Shown here: positions 56,873 to 64,000 of the stretch, one piece after another | How positions within the stretch are numbered: the first letter of the stretch is position 1 | Layout: every line of letters begins with the position of its first letter | Assembly: GCA_014905635.1 (NCBI GenBank) | Contig: JABVCE010000003.1 | Location: forward strand, 744,001-808,000 | DNA: 64,000 nucleotides | Direction: 5' to 3' | From: Scenedesmus sp. PABB004 | Lineage: Eukaryota | Made by a program: the position numbers and the translations under genes | The notes under the pieces: generated by a model | Told to the model about the DNA's origin: nothing | Seen by the model: only the letters and a program-made list of their open reading frames with translations | Database searches by the model: none

Positions 56873-57212
56873 GGGGCGCAGCAGCAGCGGCGGGCGGCAG
56901 CAGCAGCGGCGGGCGGCGGGCGCGGCGGCGCTGACCGGCGCACGGGCGCGGGTGCGAGTCGGGTGCGCCGCGTCTGCAGCTCGACGCTGCTCTTGCGACC
57001 GCGGCAGTCGCTCGGAAAAAACCCTGGACGAACATGCGCGCATTTTTTGCGATGCCGAGTCGGTTGGCGCCAGTTTAAGACCCCGGCGCGATCAGCGTCC
57101 TCCACGGCACAGCCCGGGCGCGGGCGCTGCACACTCGCTCGACGTCAGCGCGCGCGGACCCGCAGGTCTTCCACAACACCCGCTTGCCACGCCCTCCGCT
57201 GCGCCCCGCGAC

Positions 57213-59694
57213 ATGAGGAGCCTGACCAGCTCGACGCCGGCGAGCGCCCGGTGAGCCGCGGTCTGCGCGGGCGGTTGTGAGCAAGCGCGATGTCCGAGAG
57301 CGCCCGCGCAGCAGCGCCCCCGCCGCGCGCCCGCGCCGTGCCCCCAGCCTCTGATCTTTCCTCCCGCCGCTCTCCGCACGCCCGGGGCGCCCGCAGGCGC
57401 GCGCCGGGGCTGCTGCCCGCGCCAGCCTGGCGCAACCCGCGCCGGTGCGCCGGGACGCGCCCCCGGTCCGCTGCCGGGCTCGAGCTGCAGGACCTCGCGC
57501 CAGGTGGGCCCTGCTCGCTGCTGCGCAGCAGAGCGCGGCGGCGGGCGCGCGGCGCCCGCGCGCGCTGCGGGTCGGCGCCGACGCCGCCGCGCGCCCAACG
57601 CCTGCGCACAGGCCCGCGGTCGTCGGCGCCGGCCGCCGCCGACGTCGCGGCGCCGGTGGCGCCGGCGCCGCCGGCGGCGCCGCTGGTGGTCGAGGACGAC
57701 CTGGACGAGCTGCTCGCGGTGCTGCCGCCCGACCTCGGCGCCGCGCTGGTGGGGCACCCGCTGCGCGGGCAGCTGATCGAGGTGGTGCTCGACCTCGGGC
57801 GCCGCCCCGAGGCGCGCTTCCAGGGCGCGGCGGCGGAGCTGCTGCGCGACGCGCCGGTCGCGCGGGACGAGCTCGAGGCCGCGGCCGCGGCGGTTGCGCC
57901 GTTTGGCAGCGACAACCGCGCCGGCATCGCGGGCACGCTGCACCGCATCAGCGCGCTGCGCAGCCGCAAGGGCGCGGTCGTGGGGCTCACGTGCCGCGTC
58001 GGGCGCGCGGTGTCGGGGCACGTCGGCCTCATCCGTGACGTCCTCGCCGGTGCGGGCCGCGCGCGCGCGGCGGTCAGGGGCAGGCCACGCGCGCGCCGCC
58101 GCCGCCGCCGCCCGCGCGCCACGCCGCGCCGCGCCGCGCCGCGCCGCGCTCCCTGCCTGCTGGCGCCGTGCTGACCTGCGCCGCGCCTGCCCCCGGCCCC
58201 GCCGCCGCCGCGCAGCCAACGTGCCGGTGCTCTTCCTCGGCCGCCCCGGCGTGGGCAAGACGACGGCGATCCGCGAGATCGCCCGCACGCTCAGCGACGA
58301 GCTGCGCCAGCGCGTGGTCGTGGTCGACACGAGCAGCGAAATCGGCGGCGACGGCGACGTGCCCCACCACGCGATCGGCGCCGCGCGGCGCATGCAGGTC
58401 GCCGACGCGACGCGGCAGCACCACGTCATGGTGCGGCGCGCAGCGGCGGCGGGGCCCGGCAGGGCGCGCCGCGCGGCCGGCGCGCGCCCGCGCCAGACGC
58501 TGCCGCCGCGCTCATGCGCGCGCCCGCCGCCCGCTGCCCATTTTCCGCAACGCAGATCGAGGCGGTTGAGAACCACATGCCCCAGGTCGTCATCGTCGAC
58601 GAGATCGGCACCGAGGCCGAGGCCACGGCGTGCCGCACGATCGCGGAGCGCGGCGTGACGCTCATCGGCACCGCGCACGGCTGCTTCCTCGAGGTGCGGC
58701 CCCGGGGCCCCTGGGGCCCCCGCGCGCACGCCGGGGGGCAGGCGGCGGGCGCTTCTGCGGGCGCGGGCTGCGCCGCCGGGCGCTGCGCGGGCGGGCGCTG
58801 AGCGGCGCCGCCCTCCCTCGCGCCGCGCGCCGCAGAACCTGATCAAGAACCCCACGCTGTCGGACCTGGTCGGCGGCGTCGCGAGCGTGACGCTCGGCGA
58901 CGACGAGGCGCGCGCGCGCGGCGCGGGGCGCAAGTCGGTGCTCGAGCGCCGCGGCCCGCCGAGCTTCCCGGTCGTCGTCGAGATGCGCGACCGCGGCGCG
59001 TGGGTCGCGCACGACACCGCGGAGAGCGTCGACGCGCTCCTCGCGGGCAAGGTCCCCAAGGTCCAGGTGCGCGCGCCGGCACGCCCGCGGCGCCGCGGGG
59101 CGCGGGACCGCGGGACCGCGGGGCGCGGGGCACGGGGCCGCGGCCGCGCCGCGCGGCGCGGCCTCCCACGCTCCGCCCCCGCACCCGGCCCGCGCGCCGC
59201 AGCTGCGCCTGCGCGACGCGGCGAGCGGGGAGGTGACGTGCCTTGAGGTTGCGTACGACCAGGTGGAAGCGCAGATGGTCGCCCAGCTCGCGCACGGCGC
59301 CAGCCCCAACGCGAGCGCCGACGGCGCCGAGCGCGCGGCGGCCGGCGCGGCGGCGGCCAACGCGGCGAGCATCGACGAGCTGCTCGAGGGCGTGCTCCGC
59401 GGCGCCAGCAGCCCGCCCGGCTCGCCCGCGGCGAGCGCGAGCCTCGACAGCCTGGACGGGCTCGACTGCATCGACCCCGCCGCCTGGCTCGCGCGGTTCA
59501 AGGGCCTGAGCGAGGCCGACGCGCTGCAGGAGCTCGCGGTGCTGAAGCACCTCGGCGGCCAGGCCGGCGTGCTGCGCCCGCGCGCGCACGGCGGCTTTGC
59601 GGGCGGCGCCACGGTCGGCGCCGCGGTCGCGTCCGGCGGCGGCGGCGGCAAGAAGAAGCGCCGCGCGACGCGCGCCAGCGCGCGCCGCGGCTGA
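57213..59694 (+). CDS. Ycf45-like / SpoIIIAA-type AAA+ ATPase, nuclear-encoded, multi-exon
   Basis: [86 protein letters not shown]; start exon tentative. Confidence 0.88.
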
Positions 59695-60367
59695 GGGAGC
59701 GTAGTTTTTTGTTTGGGTTTTCGGGTTGGGCGCGGCCGGCGAGCGGGCCGTGGGACGGGCACGAGCGTCGAGGGACACGAGCGGGCGGCGCGCGTCACAC
59801 ACGTGCGCGCGACCGGCGGGCAGGGCGGCGGCGCCCCCACCACGTGGGCGCGCCGCGAGAGAGGGCTGGGGCGCGGGCGGGGTGCGAGCCCCCGCCACCC
59901 GCACTTGGGGCGGCGCTGGCGCGGGGCGGCGCGGCCGGCGTCTGAGTGCCGGCCGCGCCGGCCCGCGCGTGTACAACAGAGTTTGATCCCGATTTGGGGG
60001 GCGGGCGGTGGGGCGTCCTGCGCGGCGGCGGCCGAGCGTGTGCGTGTGCGCCGCGGGCCCCGCGCGTGGCGCCCGTGCGCGCGTGGGGGTGTGTGCGTGC
60101 GTGTGTCATAGGGGCGGGCCGTGCCTAGCTAGGAGCGGGGCGCATTGCTTGGTTTGCCGCTTGTCGTGTGTCGCTGGTCTCTGGTCTCCAAGGGTGAGCG
60201 CCGCCGCGCGCGTGTGGGGCTGATCGTTGTGCTGCTGCTGGCCGGGGTGCGCCAGCGCGCCGGCCGGGGCGTCGCGCCCGCCGCCGCAGCGATGCGGCGG
60301 TCGGGGCTTTGTGCGCTCGTGCCGGTGCGGGCGCACAAAGTGGTACCGCTAACCGGGGGTCGGTCGA

Positions 60368-60372
60368 TGTAA
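60368..60372 (+). promoter_or_regulatory. TGTAA polyadenylation signal, probably of the Ycf45-like gene
   Basis: UGUAA at the end of a GT-rich 3' region. Confidence 0.45.
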
Positions 60373-60588
60373 ATCAGTGCTCTCTCGCCCACCGTTCAGG
60401 CAGCAGCCTGCCTGCCGCCAGCCGCGGCCTGCACCGGTCGCGCCGCAGTGCTGCCGCCGACGCCGCGGACGCCGCCAGCCCTGTTGTGCGCTCCCACGCT
60501 GGCCGTCACCTCGGCACCGGCGCGCGCGATGTGAGGGGGTGCCCGCCGTCCCGATCCGAGCGCTAGTCGGCACGCCTGACGCGCTGCG

Positions 60589-63500
60589 ATGGCGGCGCCG
60601 GGCGGCAAGGCCAAGGCGGTGCTGCCGCAGCTGGAGGCCGGCCCCGTGCCGCTGGCAGGCATCAGGTGCGTCTGGAGGGCACGCTGGAGCCGCCGCAGCC
60701 CGCAGGCCCGCGGCGCGGCGCGAGCTTCTGGCACGCGCCGCCCGCTGCTGCTGCTGCCGCAGGGCCGCGGCGAAGAAGCAGCTCGTGGACATCATAGACT
60801 CGGTGCGTGGTGTGGCGGGGCGCACCAGGGCGCACAGGGAGCGCCGCACCACACCACGCCGGGCAGCCGGCGCGCCCGCCGCCGCGCGCCAAACGCGCCG
60901 TACGCGCCGCCCCGCCGCGCAGAAGCGGGGCAAGAAGGCTCTCATACTCGACCCCGCCATCAGCGGCAGCCTCACGCTGCTCGACGCGGGGCTGTCGGAG
61001 CTGTTCAGCGAGCACGGCGTCGTCAAGTGCGGCGGCGTGCCGCCCGCGGGGGCGCCGGCGGCGGCCAGCGGTGCTGCCAGCGGTGCTGCCAGCGGCGCGG
61101 CGCGCGCCGACACGCGCTGCCGCCGCGCTGCGCCGCGCCGGCGGCACCAGGCTGCTGTACCTCGAGCGCACGCGGCTGGACGACTCGTCATACAACGCGG
61201 CCGAGCCGCGTCTGGGCGACGTGCGGCCGCTGATCTACATCGCGCGCGCGACGCTGGAGAACGCGCAGCTCATTGCGTGGCAGGTCAAGACCGCCAACGC
61301 CGCGGCGGCCGCGGCCGCCGGCGGCGGCAGCAGGTGCGTGGCACGGCGCAGCGCTGGCGCGGCGCAGCGCTGGCGCGGCGCAGCGCGGCGCGGCGGCCGC
61401 TGAGCGCCGCCGTGCGCCGCGGCGCAGGGGCCGCTCGACCGGCGGCGGCGGCGGGGCCGGCACCGGCGGCGGCGGCGGGGGGCACGAGTTCAGCGTCTTC
61501 TGGGTGCCGCGGCGGTCGATCGCGGTGGAGCGCGTGCTGGAGGACGAGGGCGTGTATGGTGACATCACCCAGGTGGGCGCGCCGGCCGGCGCCCGCGCCT
61601 GTGGGCGCCCCGCCCGCCGCCCACGCGGCCACCGCCCACGCGGCCACCGCCCGCGCGGCCACGCGTGCCCCGCCGCAAACCGCCGCCGCGTGTGTGTCCA
61701 GGGCGAGTATCCGCTCGACCTGGTGCCCCTGGACGACGACGTGCTGTCGCTGGAGCTGGACGGCGCGTTCAGGTGTGCTTGCGCGGTGGTCCCGGGCGGG
61801 GGCGGCGCGCAGCGGCGGGCGCCCGCGGCGCGCGGGCGCGCCGGCGCCGAGCCGCCACTGCCGGCGCCGCGCCGCAGGGAGTGCACGCTCGACGGCGACC
61901 CCTCCTCGCTCTTCCACACCGCGACGGCCCTGCTGAAGCTGCAGCAGGCGTTTGGCCTGATCCCGCGCCTGCAGGCGTGCCGCCGCCGCGCGCTCGCAGC
62001 GCCGCGGCCGCGCTGTCTGCGCGGCGCGCGCCGGCGCGACGTGACGCGCCTCCCCGCCGCCGCGGCGCCCGCCGCGCAGGGCAAGGGCCCCGCCGCGACG
62101 GCGGTGCGCGACATCCTGGTCAAGCTGCGCCGCGAGAGCCCGCTGCCGCCGGCGGCCGCGGCGGCGTGCCGCATCCACCGCGCGGTGCTCATCGACCGCG
62201 AGGTCGACCCCGTGACGCCGTTACTGACGCAAATAACGTTCGAGGGCCTCATTGACGAGGTCACCGGCATCCGCCACGGCAGCGCGCCCGTCACGCCCGG
62301 GCGCCGCGACGGCGGCGGCGCCGGCGGCGGCGGCGGCGCCGCCGCGCGCCCCGCGGCGACGCTGCTGAACAGCTCGGATCCCTTTTACAAGGAGTTTCGC
62401 GACCTGCCCTATTACATCACCAGCCAGCGGTGTGTGCGGCTGCACCGCGCGCTCTCTCCCTCTCTCTCTCGGCACGGCGCGCGGCCCGGCGCCTCGCGTC
62501 AGCGCGCCGCCCCGCCGCGCCGCCGCCGCGCAGGCTGCAAGCGTACGCGCGCGACGCGCGGCGCGAGTACGCGGAGCTGGGCAGCAAGGACCTCAGCGGG
62601 CTGAAGACCTTTGTCAAGGGCCTGCCCAAGCTGCTGCTGCTCGACCGGCTCAGCGACCTCGCGGCGCCCGTCGCCGCGGTGGTCAAGGAGCAGGCGCGGC
62701 GCCGGCGCCGGCGCCGGCGCGGCGCGGCTTGGCGCGTCGGCGCGGCCGTGAGCTGAGCGTGCGCGCGCGCTCAGCGCCGCCGCCGGGGCTGCCCCGCACG
62801 CACGCAGGCCTTCCACGACCGGCTGAAGACCGAGTCGGACACGCTGGAGGGCTACGACGCGGAGGAGAGCGTGGCGTTCATCACGGTGCGCGGCGCGTTG
62901 CGGCGCGCGGCGAGCATATGGGCCGGTGGCGCGGCGAGCGACAGGGCCAGCGCGCGCCGCGTGCGTGCGCGCGCCCCGAGGCTCGCCCGCGCGCCGACCG
63001 GCGCGCGCCGCCGCCGCCGCGGCAGGGCCTGATGTGGCGCCGCGCCGACCCGGTCGTCGTGCTGCGCCTGCTGTGCCTGCTGAGCTGCACCGGCGGGGGC
63101 CTGCCCAAGAAGCACGGCGACGCGCTGCGCAGCGAGTTTCTGTCTGCGTACGGCCACCAGCACCTCCTCACACTCAACAACCTTGAGCGCGCGGGTGCGC
63201 GGCCCCAGCGGCGCCAGCGCCGGCGCCTGCGTGGCCGTCGCCGAGCGAAGGGCGGGCGGGCCGCGCCGCGCCGGCGCCGCCGCACGCCGCGCGCGCTGAG
63301 CGGCCGCGCTGAGCAAGCGCGCCGCGCCGCGCCAGGCCTGCTCAAGCCGGCGGGCGGCGGCGGGCGCGGGCACTGGGCGTCGCTGCGCAAGGCGCTGCGC
63401 CTCGTGGTGGCCGACCCCGAGGGCGCCGCGCTCGCGGCGGGGAGCCCCACCGACGTGTCGCAGCTGTACAAGGGCTACGCGCCCGTCAGCGTGCGCCTCG

Positions 63501-64000
63501 TGCAGGCGGCGCTCAGCGGCGGCTGGGCCCCGGTCGGCGAGGCGCTCTCGCTGCTGCCGGGCGGTCAGTTTGACGCGCTGCAGGTGCTCGAGCCGTCGGG
63601 CCTCGTGACGGACAGGCCCTGCAAGGCCTCCGGTGAGCCCTGCAGCACGCGCGCCGGCGCGGCTGTGGCGCCGGGCCGGGCGGGAGGGAGGGGGCGGCGG
63701 CGCCGCGCGCTCGCGCCGACCCGCGCCGACCCGCGCCGCCGCCGGGCCGCCCCGCCGCCGCAGCCGCCGCGGCCGGCGCCGGCGGCGCGGGCGGGGAGCC
63801 GGAGACGGTGCTGGTGGTGATGCTGGGCGGCATCACATTCACCGAGGTGCGGCGCGCCGCCGCCCGCCACTGCTGCCGCGCGCTCGGCGCCCCCGCCCCA
63901 GCCGCTGCGCCCGGCGCCGCCGACCCCGCCTGCCGACGCCGCCGACCGCCCGCCGCCGCCGGCGGCGGCCGCCCCGGCGCGCCCGCGCGCAGATCAGCGC
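60589..64000 (+). CDS. VPS33: Vacuolar protein sorting 33 (Sec1/Munc18 family), 3'-truncated by window
   Basis: GKKALILDP, F.VFWVPRRS...ERVLEDEGVYGD, PLDDDVLSLE, LIDREVD.VTPLLTQITFEGLIDE, LNSSD.FYKE.RDL, YG.QHLLTL.NLE.AG, Y.GYAP.SVRL. Confidence 0.93.

Noticed and set aside
57015..57026. Telo-box or telomeric seed (AAAAAACCCTG)
   Set aside because: Single imperfect copy, not distinguishable from chance

Overview
Eukaryotic nuclear DNA with very high GC, short GC-rich spliceosomal introns (donor mostly GTGCG, acceptor CGCAG) and TGTAA poly(A) signals. It is most consistent with a chlorophyte green alga, possibly Sphaeropleales (inference). About 18 genes are present. Bases 20-64 kb hold mostly intron-rich conserved genes: ORM1, a penta-EF-hand protein, an LPEAT-like acyltransferase, TFIIE-beta, RecQ, fibrillin, a ZBBX-like protein, PDS, TAD2, ALG5, PRAI, a Ycf45-like ATPase and VPS33, plus a giant beta-helix/multi-TM surface protein. 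The most interesting part is 1-18.8 kb: four tandem, co-oriented, almost intron-free paralogues (A-D) built from shuffled modules. The modules are CCHC zinc-knuckle arrays, an unrecognised Trp-rich domain (9 copies), a helical MLLE/PABC-like domain (6 copies), a degenerate GYF domain, PPPGF repeats, a PAM2-like motif, WG motifs and a shared acidic-leucine C-terminus. Together these suggest a lineage-specific family of mRNA-silencing or translational-control scaffolds (hypothesis). All calls are by eye, with no database search, and exon boundaries are approximate.
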